NCBI RefSeq assembly: GCF_006345805.1
Contig: NW_021836149.1
Location: 1-64,000 of the forward strand
Direction of reading: 5' to 3'
Source: Octopus sinensis
Taxonomy: Eukaryota
DNA length: 64,000 nt
The notes under the pieces were generated by a model. The model did not search any database, was not told where the DNA came from, and worked only from the letters and a program-made list of their open reading frames with translations. The number at the start of each line of letters is the position of its first letter. The stretch's first letter is position 1. Both the position numbers and the translations under genes were made by a program. Positions 23,290-36,228 of the stretch are shown here, piece by piece.

Positions 23290-24593
23290 CATACATGGAA
23301 TATACAAGGTGTAAACCATTCCTTTTATTATCCAATACATACATACTCACACACACATATATATGCATGAGGCTTCCTATCTTTCAGTCTTTCCATTTGT
23401 AATCAATACAACAGCAACCAAAATGGAATTCCATCCATATTGAACCATTTTATGGAATGTAATTCCAGCAGCTGCACCGGATTCTTAAACAATAGATCCT
23501 GGCTCTCTCCCTCCAGCTACATTCTTTTATTGGGGTCTTGTTGATAATAAGCTTACTCAGCTGGCAATTATATTTGTGATGTTCCCATTATTATTAGTGT
23601 AATCATAACTGTAATTAATGTTATTACTATAAATGATTATTGTTATTATTTCTGATGCTGGCGAACACTGTAAAATAATACATAATTTTCTCATATAATA
23701 CCAAGTTTGTGATGCAGCTACAATTCCAGGAGAATGGCAACTGGGAAAATACTACATGTCCCAACCTCCCATTACACTTACTGCATTGTGGTGAATGTAC
23801 ATATATATATTTCACACACAAGCAAGACTGACAGATAGAGGCAACTATGGGCAGACACAGACATACATACATACATACAAACAGGCTGATGGACTTTGTA
23901 GACAATAATAAAACATAACCAATGATAAATTCTCTGGGTTGCTCAATTTTGCTCGACTTTGCTAGCATATTTGTGTCTAGACAGTATATGAGAACCATAC
24001 AGGAAATTATCTAAATATCTGAGATTGGATTATCTCAGAAATTTAGATTAGAAAAACAATCATATTACAACCTCCATTTTCACCTAGTGTTGAAATATAG
24101 GAAAATTTTACCACTGAGAGAACCTGTATGTGGTTGCATGACATGCCTCTAAATCACATCCTACAGTCTGACAAAAAATGGCAGTGAGCAATATAGTCCT
24201 AGATAAATTTAGTCTAAATAAAAGACAATGGTGATGGCTGTAATGCTTTTGATCATAAGTCATCTAAGCCAGTTTAAACCAACATGGGATAGTTAGGTAG
24301 AAGATGGTCAAATAACTAAATTTTTTTGCAACACTACATTCTGTTCCTCTACTTTACAAATTTACTTTTGTTTTCATGACTTAATCAGGAAAGGAAAAGT
24401 AGCACCCACAATTATTTTCAGAGTCTGTAAAACTAATGAGAGGAAGTTACTCTTATATCAGAGACCAAGTCCAAATGTTTGCAACAAAGTGGATTTTATT
24501 GCAGGCACCCAAGGGCCAACTGGGGGTTTTATAACAGATTGAGTCTAACACCTAACAATAAGAATACTTTCTTCAACAAGCCTCCACACAGCT

Positions 24594-24828
24594 TCTTATT
24601 TCTTTACTGCCCACAAGGGGCTAAACATAGAAGGGACAAACAAGAACAGACAAAGGGATTAAGTTGATTACATCGACCCCAGTGCATAACTGGTACTTAA
24701 TTTATCGACCCCGAAAGGATGAATGGCAAAGTCGACCTCGGTGGAATTTGAACTCAGAATGTAATGGCAGACGAAATACCGCTAGGCATTTCACCCAGTA
24801 TGCTAACGTTTCTGCCAGCTCACCGCCT
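24594..24828 (-). mobile_element. SINE family B inserted in a decayed family-A-like SINE
   Basis: Full family B body; flanks CCACACAGCTTC and TCTGTCTACCAAAT belong to the older SINE, which continues to ~24990. Confidence 0.8.
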
Positions 24829-25644
24829 TCTGTCTACCAAATTTCCCCACCAAGGCTTTTTTCATTCTGAAGCTGTAGTAAAATGCTCTTGCCTAAAGTG
24901 TCACACTGAATAATCAGACCTGATTCTGCAGTGTAACACCACATAGTCGCACAGCAAATCTGTTAACCACACAGCATTAACTACACCTATGGAAGAAGTA
25001 TCAGTAAAACCGTTATAACTAACACTGGAAACTGTTAAACCAGATATTTAACTTCTATAAAACTAGATCTCATGGCAAATAGAACACCATCTGCTTCTTG
25101 TATTGTTTTTTGATAATTTCAATAGTTCTTAGTTGATGATGTCGCTTCACCTAGGCCAAGCATGCTCATTTAGACCTGTGAACAACAATATCCCAAATGT
25201 GACCATCCTGTTTTTCACTGAAGCATAATGTATCAAGGATAACATTATCTAATAAGTTCATGTTTCTTTAATTCAGTAGAGTGTAATTTCAGTCAGATTT
25301 GGATGCTATTTCTAGCAGGTCAAAATACTATATACAGCCTTATGCTGTTTGCAGAGCTATTTGGAGCTGCATCAAATTATAAAAAAAAATAAATATTCAA
25401 ACCAGAGTTCTGAGTTAGAAAATTTTAAGTCTTTAGGGAAGATATGATTTCCATGCATGAAACTTTTGGCCCTAAAGTCATTTTTGTACTTTTGTACATG
25501 TAAATATAAGTTTCCATATGTAAGAGAGAAGAAGAAGATCGTCATCATTGTCATCATCCTCATAATCTTGATGATGATGATCATCATCATTGTTGTCAAG
25601 AAATGGCAAACTGCTGGGAGAGAGAGAATTTAATAAAAGAAGTT

Positions 25645-25751
25645 AGACTAGCTATGGCGGTACATATTCTAAAATTGGAACAATACAGAGAAGATTAGCA
25701 TGGCTCCTACGCAAGGATGACATGCAAATTCGTGAAGCGTTCCTTATTTTT
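25645..25751 (+). pseudogene. U6: U6 snRNA retrocopy (approximately full length)
   Basis: TACATATTCTAAAATTGGAACAATACAGAGAAGATTAGCATGGCTCCTACGCAAGGATGACATGCAAATTCGTGAAGCGTTCCTTATTTTT matches U6 (ACAGAGA box, AGC triad, T5 end) with several substitutions including CpG decay. Confidence 0.95.
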
Positions 25752-25820
25752 CAAATGGCAGTGCCCCAGCATGGCCACAGCTCATGAGCTGAAACTAGAT
25801 GAAATAAAAATAAAATAAAT
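25752..25820 (+). mobile_element. Retroposon 3' tail fused to U6
   Basis: GGCAGTGCCCCAGCATGGCCACAGCTCATGAGCTGAAACTAGATGAAATAAAAATAAAATAAA is homologous to the SINE A tail. Confidence 0.8.
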
Positions 25821-27833
25821 CCATTTTCTATAAATATTACAGCTTCTTGCTCACAGATGTGCAGGTTCTTTTTCTTATATTTTCTAATATTAGCTGTTGA
25901 ATTTTTCTCAAATCAAACCCTTGATTTTAAAATCAAGCCCTGTTCTCTTTGAAAAGAAAGCCACATTTCATGAGTGCACTACACCTAAGAAAAAAGTGGA
26001 AATCCCTTTCATCACAGATCTGCTTGATCAGATATGATCTTGCGTAGATACCTTGAGTATTAAATGGCTAGTTGCTTTATTTGGAACTAGTGGCCTGTCA
26101 AAACCGTTTGTCTATAAGGCTCTCTAATACTGGGAATGAAATTGTTTTATAAAAATATTTTGTTAAAGACAATGAAGAAAGAAAGATCTTTTTGGTATGG
26201 AAACTATTTTTAGGAAAGAAAATTGGTAAGTTGTGTTATTCCTGGTTTTTCCAAGAGAAATTTGCCTCTGTTGGGAATTACACTAAGATCATAGTTTGAC
26301 TTGCAAGTATCTTACAATTTCATCAATGCATACAATGCCACAACAATGCATACAAGTTTACAACAAAAATAGTTAACAAGAAAATTACATCAGCATCATC
26401 ATCATCAACAGCAACAACAACAGATATATCTCATTCAATCAGCTTTTAATATATTTCTTAACTAATGTTTCTAATGCCGATGAAATTAAACTATCAGAGA
26501 CAGATTGAAAATTTATTTCGAAATTAAATAAATTATCAAATTATCAAAAATAAAAAAAAAAGAATTATATATAAATCAATCAATAAAGAAAGAAAAGAAA
26601 ATTTAGAAAAAAAAAAGATTATATTAGAAAATAAAATGAAACTATTTATTTTTGGTTTTATATTTTCTCACAAGAAGCTTTAATTACAATTTATTTCAAT
26701 GAAATGAACCTGTTCTGCTATTCCTGTCACTTTGCCAACATTGTACACTTCACTGAACCATCTCAAATATCACTTCTAACTTTGTATTCACATTAATTAC
26801 ATTTTTTTAAATCTCTCCCTAGTTTCACTTTCCATATTATCTTGCCATTTCTTATTGTCCTCAATTTCTACTTGTTTGATGTTATCTATTTTTTAATATA
26901 TTATCTTTATGCTTTTTTCTTTCGTATATTTCTTGTTTGTAGTTTCCTTTTTAACATTTATTGTTTTGTTTTTTTTTCCTCTCTGAAATCTATTTTCTGA
27001 AAAATGTATTTAGTTATTTATTAATTAATTTTTATTTCATTTTATTTTACTTAAGTCTATTTTGTTGTTAGATTTCTACTATATTTTTAATGGGTTTAGC
27101 TTCCCAGCTTTAGTTGCTGATGTTGCTTATTTATCAGTTGAAGCATTTTTTCTTTTGTTTTTGCCTTTATACTAAACCCGCACCACCTCCCTTGTCTCTC
27201 TCTCTCCACACCATATAGTTTGATTGCTCTTTTATTTACTTTAATTCTATGTACACAAAGAACACTTGGATATCAATACAATTACATTGATCTTTTGACT
27301 GTGTATGTATGCTATTTTAACTTGCATGTATATGATGTGTATATGATTGATATACAAGGTGATATGTGATGTATATATATATGATGGGGAATTTACATTA
27401 TTTTTTCCTATCTTATTTTCCCTGCACGTGTTTGAATAAGTGCAAGAAAAAAAGATTTTCATTGGCACTTATATAGACGAACAGACAGACAAGTAGAGAG
27501 ATAGGAGTATATACATTTGAAATAAGCTCTGAAAATGTTTAAGTATTTTCTGGAATTAGTGTTAGCATTTGACTTTTACAGTCAAAACTATGATGAAAGT
27601 ATTTCCATGCCCTCTTGCAGCTTAAACTATATTCTTTTGTATATGCATATGTGTGTGTGTATTTATGAATATTTATAAGTGTCTATAAATTGCGAAGTAT
27701 ACATATGTATGTGTTTATTTATAAATATTTATATGTGTCTATATGTATTTAGAAGTGCTGCAGATGGGAGTATGAATGTGTATGTAGATAAATGCAAAGA
27801 AAGAAAATAAATGTTTAATAAAATATAATATTT

Positions 27834-28300
27834 AAGGTGTGAGCCGGCAGAAACGTTAGCATGCTAGGCAAAATGTTCAGCAGTATTTCGTCTCTCTTTA
27901 TGTTCTGAGTTCAAATTCCGCTGAGGTCGACTTTACCTTTCATCTTTTTGGAGTTGATAAATTAAGTACCAGTTGCATACTGGGGTTGATCTAATCGACT
28001 GGCCCCCTCTCCAAAAATTTCAGGCCTTGTTCTTTGAGTAGAAAAGAATATTAGTCATAAAATTAAGGTGGTGAGCAGACAGAATTGTTATGCCACCAGA
28101 AAAATGCTTAGCGGAATTTTGTCCAACTATACATTCTGAGTCCAAATGCTCTCAAGGTTGAGATTCTCCTTCATCCTTTTGGGGGTCAAAAAAATAAGTA
28201 CCAGTTAAGCATTGGGGTCAATAAAATTAGTACCAGTTGAGCACTGGAGTCAATGCAATCAACTTAACCACTCCCACAAAATTGGTGAGTTTGAAACCAA
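27834..28300 (+). mobile_element. Two tandem SINE family B copies (27834-28050 and a decayed copy at 28065-28300)
   Basis: AAGGTG..GAGC.GGCAGAA heads, TTCTGAGTTCAAAT box B, AAGTACCAGTT motif. Confidence 0.8.
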
Positions 28301-28433
28301 TACCAATAGTAAAATTCCTGTAAAGTGAATTGAAATGCATATGTATGTGTGTGTGTGTGCATGTGCATATGTTTGTGCGTGTGTGTGTGGGTGCATGGGC
28401 TCATGTGAAAAGTGTGTGTGTATGTGTGTGAAT

Positions 28434-28631
28434 TCTTTTACTGGTTTCAGTCATTTGAATGCAGTCATGCTGGAGCACTGCCTTTTAGTCAATCAAATCG
28501 ACCCCAGGACTTATTCTTGTAAGCCTAGTACTTATTCTATCAGTCTTGTTTGCCAAACGACTAAGTTATGGGAACATAAACACACCAGCATCAATTGTCA
28601 AGTGATATTAGAGTGACAAACATATACACAC

Positions 28632-28686
<55 letters not shown>

Positions 28687-28842
28687 CACACACACGATGG
28701 GCTTCTTTCAGTTTCCGTCTACCAAATCCACTCACAAGGCTTTGGTCGGCCTGAAGCTATAGTAGAAGACACTTGCCCAAGGTGCCACACAGTGGGACTG
28801 AACCTGGAACCATGTGGTTGGCAAGCAAGCTATTACCACACA
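28434..28842 (-). mobile_element. SINE family A
   Basis: Reverse complement of the family A body. Confidence 0.9.
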
Positions 28843-29722
28843 TGTATATATTTATAAATATAAGTATCTGTATATTTGAAAGTGTCCATATATGTGCAAT
28901 TGTGTATGTATGTAAGTGCAATGAAAGAAAATCCTAATAATAATAATAATAAAATGCCTATACAGTGAATTTAAATGCACATATATATATATATGTGTGT
29001 CTGCGTATACTTAGCTAAAAATTGTTTGGATTTTAGTAAAGATATTTAAGCTCCTATTCTATTTGAAGAATGTCTATACAATAATTTATATGTATGGTTT
29101 TTGCATCCATATTTGCTCCTTGGTTTCATTAAATGATATTTATTATAACTTACTGACATTCTAAAACACATTTATATCGCTTAAGCTTTTATTTCTAAAT
29201 GATTTATGGCTATAATTAATTATTTAACCTATACCCATAAAAGAGTGAGTATCAGAAAAGTTATGAGCATACTCTTGGATGACAGTTTCTAATATATTAA
29301 TAAGTTTTATTTGTTTGAATTTAGACAACATAGAAAATATATACTTAATGGTATCTTTACTCGTTTATATCTAAAATACTGCATCACTAAGTTTACATCA
29401 TGAATACTTGAAAATATTCATTGTAAATTATTGTCTAAATCAATGACTAGAATCGGAATAAATTAAGTGTGAATTTTATATCAGTTGCTCAGCTGTGTCC
29501 TCTAACCCTAAAACTTTAGAAAAGTCTATGCATCATCAACATCATCATGATCATCATCACCATCGTTGTCGTCATCATTATCATTGTCATTCTACATCCA
29601 CTTTCCATGCTGGCATGGGTTCGATGGATCATCATGGTCCAAGTTCTTTCTTATGAAGAGGGTGAGTTGGGAGTGCAATACTCTCATAGACTGGTTCTCC
29701 TGCTTATCATTTGAGTTGGTTT

Positions 29723-29962
29723 CTTATTTCTTTACTTCTTTATTGCCCACAAGGGGCTAAACATAGAGGGGAAAAACAAGGACAGACAAAGGGATTGTCG
29801 AATACATTGACCCCAGTGCATAACTGGGACTTAATTTATCGACCCCGAAAGGATGAAAGGCAAAGTTGGCCATGGTGGAATTTGGACTCAGAACATAAAG
29901 TCAGACGAAATACTGTTAAGTATTTCGCTCAGTGTGCTAACATTTCTGCTAGCTCACCACCT
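29723..29962 (-). mobile_element. SINE family B
   Basis: Reverse complement of the family B body. Confidence 0.85.
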
Positions 29963-30160
29963 TTGGCTTGCTTTCTGAGACTGGATTCCCATCTCATTGC
30001 CAACAACTTCCCAGAGTATACTGGGTACAATTTTCTTGTGGCTCCAAGGCATGATTAGATTATTCTCACAATCCTTCACTTTCTCTGTTTAGGAGAGAGA
30101 ACAATGAAAGCAGAGAGGCCAGAATGGGTCGGTGGAAGAAGCATGAGTGTATCTGTAGAG

Positions 30161-31094
30161 CAGCATTTCTCAACCGGGGTCCCCTGGAACCCTAGGGTTT
30201 CCTCAAAAAGTTCCTAGGGGTTCCACAAGAAAGAGTGAAATAAGCTAGTGCTAATTTCTTGATCATAACATTACTATTCATGCACAACATATTGTAATAT
30301 AGACATCATCTTATCTCACTATTATGTTATCAAAAAAAATATAACAACCACTGCGGATATATTTAGTGATGTCTGTAATTTATGGACACCTTATATATAT
30401 ATATATATATATATATCATCATCATCATCATCATCATCATCGTTTAACGTCCATTTTCTGTGCTGGCATGGGTTGGACGGTTCGACTGGGGTCTGGGAAG
30501 CCAGGGGCTGCACCAGGCTCCAGTCTGATCTGGCAGTGATTCTACAGCTGGATGCCCTTCCTAACGCCAACCACTCCACGAGTGTAGTGGGTGCTTTTTA
30601 CGTGCCACCTGCACAGGTGCCAGGGGAGTCTGGCATCGGCCACGATCGGTTGGTGCTTTTAATGTGCCACCGGCACGGAAGCCAGCCAAGGCGGCGCTGG
30701 CATCGACCACATTCGGATGGTGCTTTTTATGTGCCACTGGCACAGAAGCCAGTCGAGGCGGCACTGGCATCGGCCACGTTCGGATGGTACTTTTGGTTCT
30801 CATTTTGTTAAATAAGTCAACATTCTAATATCCTAAAGCTGATAAACCAACTAAATTGTTTCTCCATTTTCTTATTTGTAATTATATATATACACATAAA
30901 GTGTGCATATTTTCCTTTTTTTAGTTTCTTATATATACACACACATCATATATATTATATATAATATTTACCATGTGAAGTACGATAAAAAAATATGAGT
31001 AAGATGTGGTGTATAACTGCATTTGGGCAGGGGTTCCTTGAGACATGTATTTATTTTAAGGGTTACGCAAGGGTAAAAAGGTTGAGAAACACTG
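30161..31094. mobile_element. hAT (Charlie-like) MITE with nested RTE 3' end
   Basis: TIRs CAGCATTTCTCAACC / GGTTGAGAAACACTG; 8-bp TSD CTGTAGAG/CTGTAGAC. Confidence 0.85.
30416..30790 (-). mobile_element. RTE 3' end / RTE-derived SINE
   Basis: (CAT)n followed by the reverse-complement body with 3-4 internal units. Confidence 0.75.
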
Positions 31095-31730
31095 CTGTAG
31101 ACTATTAAGTAACAAAAAATATGTACTTTTGCTCAGGTGAATGAGGAGGAGAATAGGAGAGAGGGCAGTGTTGGTAGAAAGGCCAGAATAGGTGAGTGAA
31201 AGGAACAAGAGTACAATGAAATAATGTTATTGAGATGGAAAGTGGGGAGAGTGTGATGGACAAACAAGAGTAAGTGATGAGTGACGATAGCAGTGGCCCA
31301 AAAGAGAGAGAGAGAGAGTGGTGGTTTGCAGTAGAGAAAGGGTGAACATATAGTGCATTAAGTATAAATTGATTCAAAGCAGAAGGCAGAGTTTGGTATT
31401 TATAATATGCATAGCAAAACTGCAAACCAAATTTATTTTCTGCACAAAAAATTAAATCTTTTGATGTATGAGAAAATTATTGTGATGTAGTTGAGGCAAT
31501 CACAGAACCTTCTAACACTTGCTCGACCTGCTAGAAATAGCAGCCAAATCTTTCTCAAAAACATCAACTACCATTACATTGAGTAGACCTAAATACACTT
31601 AAAGATATGGATTAATCCCACAATTCGTATGACCATAAGACTGCAGGAGGCTGATTGAGGTGGAATTAAACAGTAACAGCTTAAATATTATAAATTTTCT
31701 GTGAAAACTTTACCACTGCAAAATAAACAG

Positions 31731-31954
31731 CTCTCTTACTCTCTTTTTACTCTTTTACTTGTTTCAATCATCTGACTATGGCCATGCTGGAGCACCACCT
31801 TTAGTCAAGCAAATCAACCCCAGGACTTATTCTTTGTAAGCCTAGTATTTATTCTATCGGTCTCTTTTGCCGAATCGCTAGGTGACGGGGATGTAAACAC
31901 ACCAGCATCGGTTGTCAAGTGATGTTGGGGTGACAGACACACAAATATATACAT

Positions 31955-32021
<67 letters not shown>

Positions 32022-32112
32022 TATATATGGCAGGCTTCTTTCAGTTTCCATCTATCAAATCCACTCACAAGACTTTGGTCGGCCGGAAACTATAGAAGAC
32101 ACTTGCCCAAGG
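31731..32112 (-). mobile_element. SINE family A lacking the tRNA head
   Basis: Reverse family A body ending at ACTTGCCCAAGG. Confidence 0.85.
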
Positions 32113-32339
32113 AATATGGGTAGAACACACAGGTCGGGGCAGCGGAGAGCAATAATACAGTGGCACAGGGTCAAGAGGACAGGATTGGGGAGTGGGAGGT
32201 AATCAAAGTACACGAAGAGGAAATGTGAGGAAGAGAAGATATGTAGAGACATGGTTTGGTTTGTTGTAGTAGAGTGTATGAGAAGTTTTCTTGTTAAGTG
32301 TGGGTGGGACACACAGCACTTTTAGAACTCAGTTTCACT

Positions 32340-32512
32340 GACGTGGGTCTTCCCAAGAACTTCATATTGTCAGACATCTTGGTCCATTGTCATTTCTTCT
32401 GTGAGGCCCAAATTCTTGAGATCGGTCCTTACCACTTCATCCCACATCTTTCTGGGTCTCCTTCTTTCAGTGATCAGCATTTCTTTATGCATCTGTACTC
32501 ATTCATACGCAT
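32340..32512 (-). pseudogene. RTE LINE ORF C-terminal fragment
   Basis: Minus strand RPRKMWDEVVRTDLKNLGLTEEMTMDQD. Confidence 0.8.
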
Positions 32513-34101
32513 CACTGTTGCTTCAATTATCAGTGCAACAGAAGAAACCTTTTCGATACGAACATGCAAAGCTTTTTTCTCTATTTGATTCCAGTAAACT
32601 TTCACTATCAAAGGTATATCTTTATCAATCGACTCCTTGCAGATAAGAGGATAAAAAATATCTATGTATATCTCACTTAAAATACTAAAAAAATATACGA
32701 CATTCCACTTCACTCTTTGAGTATATCTGGAGTTGAAGGGATAATTATATCAGCATTTATAAAATCGACTTCCTGTATACGGCACAGACATTATATATAT
32801 TAATTTTAGGGAGTGCGATTTCTTTCACCTGGCGAAGTACAATATTCTGTTACAACTGATTGCAATTCAGGATGCAAGATCAAAATTGAGTAATTCTTGA
32901 AAATAAATCGATAACTACTTATTGAGAAATTGCAAACTACCAACTGACTAGAATATCTTATTTTCTAGATAGGAGATATGCCACATTCTGAAATATGACT
33001 ATATATTTCATAGAAGGAAAAAAAAAATTATTTATTTATCGAAATTAAAATTTCACCATCAAATATACTTCAAATTCTTTTGTATATTTTATACACATTG
33101 CACCGAAGAGAGAGAGAGAGCAATATCAAGGTTTTTATTGCGTGTATAGAATGAAAACAACGGGTGTTCCACGCATAGCACTAAAATTATTTATGGGATG
33201 CATTTCATAAATTTTTTTCTGACAACCGATAAAATGTCAATCTATTGTAGTCTATCATATTTTAACATTTCTGAGAAAAATTTTTGTTTCTTTTATTATC
33301 ACTCTGTTACCTAATCTCAGTCGCCTGAACAATTGGAAACATGAAATTCAGATTTACAATTCAAGAACTTTTAGGTTCCACTAAAATGTGTGTGTGTGTG
33401 TGAGTGCGTTTTTATACGTATATACTCTGATTGTGTGTGTACATACTTATGTACATAAACATACATATTAGTGTAAAGCCTTGTTTCGTATATTGTACAG
33501 CTGTATGTATGCTTGAGGAAACCATAAAACTCCTCAATGAGAAATCCTTACACTCACTGTACGATTCTACCTATATTATATCACTTTGCACATGAGTAAA
33601 ACTTTGGTCATATTTTCTAACACATTTTAAAATTCATAACAATCTTCTACTACTACTACTACTACTTTCATCAGTGTTATTAAATATGTGACATGACAGA
33701 AATATCTTTCTCCCTCCGCACGATCATTGTTCGCTTTTCTGTTTGGTGGTCTTTTCATTTCATATTAATTTCTCATAAGCAATTAACTACAAATTATTTT
33801 GTGCTATCTATTGATTATTTTGTTTTCAAAAATAGGACACATATACATGGAAACTATTGTTCGCTATCGAGAGATGAACAATCAGTAAAACATGCTTCAA
33901 ACTTGCTAGAAACACAAATGCATTTCAAAGAATATTACTATTGTCTATCTTCTTAATGTCAATTACTGTATATTCTTACTGTAACATGTATTATCACTAT
34001 GATAGAAAAATATAAATGTATGTGGGTTTAGTATAGTGTTTTGCATTAGGTAAGAATAGAGTCAGCATTGAATGGTCACGTCTGATTATCACACGTTAAG
34101 T

Positions 34102-34334
34102 AAGGTATGAGCTGGCAGACACGTTAGCGTGCCGGGCGGAATGCTTAGCGGTATTTCGTCTGTCGTTACGTTCTGAGTTCAAATTCCGCCGAGGTCGACT
34201 TTGCCTTACATCCGTTCGGGGTCGATAAATAAAAGTACCAGTTTCGCACTGGGGTCGATGTAATCGACTTAATCCGTTTGTCTGTCCTTGTTTGTCCTCT
34301 CTATGTTTAGCCCCTTGTGGGCAATAAAGAAATA
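34102..34334 (+). mobile_element. SINE family B
   Basis: Full body with tail CCTTGTGGGCAATAAAGAAATA. Confidence 0.9.
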
Positions 34335-34519
34335 TATATATTAGTGTGTGTGTATGTGGCATGCACACATGTGGCCGTGTGTGTATCACACCACACAACA
34401 TTACACATCACATCACAACACACCACCCACGCACCCAACCATACATTTTCACACCTACACATACATACACGCACACGTCCAGACCACCAGCCCTCTTTCA
34501 CACGCACGCACCTTCATGT

Positions 34520-34780
34520 TGGGGGTCATCTTTACTTTGTTATCTCCCCTACTTTCCCACTCGTGTGTGACTTTTCTCTCGCGATTCAGTGCCATGATAG
34601 ATCGTTAGCCACTGCACACATTTTTTTCTCTCCTTGTTTTTTTCTGTGTCCCTTTCTGTAGAAGATTGTAGGCTCGAAACGTAAAAGACTTTCTCTATTC
34701 CTGAGCGTTATACTAATACATCTGTTTGTTTTGTACACCACCTGTCTTCGTCCTTTTGTTTTTTCGTAAACTCTCCCTAT
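34520..34780 (+). mobile_element. Penelope-like terminal repeat fragment
   Basis: Degenerate hammerhead-like GAAGA-TTGTAGGCTC-GAAACGTA at 34661-34683 in a pyrimidine-rich block. Confidence 0.4.
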
Positions 34781-34822
34781 AATAAATTTCCATTAGTTTC
34801 GAAAATTAGTATTCATGTGAAG

Positions 34823-35214
34823 TTACTCTTTTACTTGTTTCAGTCATTTGACTGCGGCCATGCTGGAGCACCGCCTTTAATCGAGCAACTTGTCCCCGGG
34901 ACTTATTCTTTTGTAAGCCCAGTACTTATTCTATAGGTCTCTTTTGCCGAACCGCTAAGTAACGGGGACATAAACACACCAGCATCGGTTGTCAAGCAAT
35001 GCTAGGGGGACAAACACAGACACACAAACACACACACGCATATATATACATATATACGACGGGATTCTTTCAGTTTCCGTCTACCAAATCCACCCACAAG
35101 GCTTTGGTCGGCCCGAGGCTATAGTAGAAGACACTTGCCCAAGGTGCCACGCAGTGGGACTGAATCCGGAACCATGTGGTTGGTAAACAAGCTACTTACC
35201 ACACAGCCACTCCT
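34823..35214 (-). mobile_element. SINE family A
   Basis: Reverse family A, full length. Confidence 0.9.
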
Positions 35215-35573
35215 TCGACAGACACGTGTATTCATAAAGTAGTTCTCGCATAGTTCCACCGTGGCATTATATGACAAAGCTGAACGTTAATTTTTAAATT
35301 ACAGTTACAGTCCATCCATCGAGCTTTCACACAGTTTCCATCAACCCATTTTCACCCATGGGGCATATGTATATTTCTAGACTTTAGCAAAGGAAGCCTT
35401 CAGAAGCTATCAGTTTATGAGATCGGACCAAGAACTTCGTGATTGTGATTGGAATTGCCTAACCATTCAAGGGATTTCTTAAGCATGCTATATCTACACA
35501 CACACACTATATACAAAAACTGTGCATAGGGAAGAACTACTTCTGCTGGCCATTTAAAACTATTGGATATATA

Positions 35574-36228
35574 CCAGGAGGTACCTAAAAGTAACCGGAA
35601 ACGTTCTCTGTGGGACAAACCCGTTGTAGTTCAGGCTTCCACCTCTAGATGTTACTTGATGTGAAGTTTACAACTAGTTTCCACGCTTTAGGAATGGTTA
35701 CTTGTTGCTTGGTGACCAACCACGTTCAGGACGACCATCGATCTCCCCGAAAAAATGAAAACATCATGAAAATTCATGAACTGTTCTTGGAGGACCTTCA
35801 CCGAAAAATTGACGTAAACGTTGATATGACTGGAGCATCCTGGAACTCCTGCCAACGAATTTTGAGCGAAGAATTGCGAATGAAAAGCATTGCAGCAAAA
35901 TTTGTGCGACGCTTGCTCGTGGAAGATCAAAAGTAGTCACGACAGAATGCATGTTGTGAACAGAAAGAACAGCTGGAAGTTGATCCGGGATTTTTTTCGA
36001 AGGTCATCATTGGTGATGAAAGACGGTGCTACGGAATTTGAAGATGAAGAAAAGGTGAAGAAAAGAACGACAGAAGCGTTAAAAGACATCACTTCGCAAG
36101 AGTTCCTGCATTGCTTCGAACTGTGGAAAACCCACCTGGACCGATGCATTGCTTCAAATGGATAACTATGTAAAACTAAGTGAATAAAATAATATTGCAA
36201 ATTTCTGGTTTCTTTTGGGTACCCCTCG
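35574..36228 (+). mobile_element. Internally deleted mariner (same family as 10245)
   Basis: TA-flanked TIRs; ENIMKIHEL..ED, ILSEELRMKSIAAKFV, VIIGDE, FLHCFELWK..RCIASNG. Confidence 0.9.
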
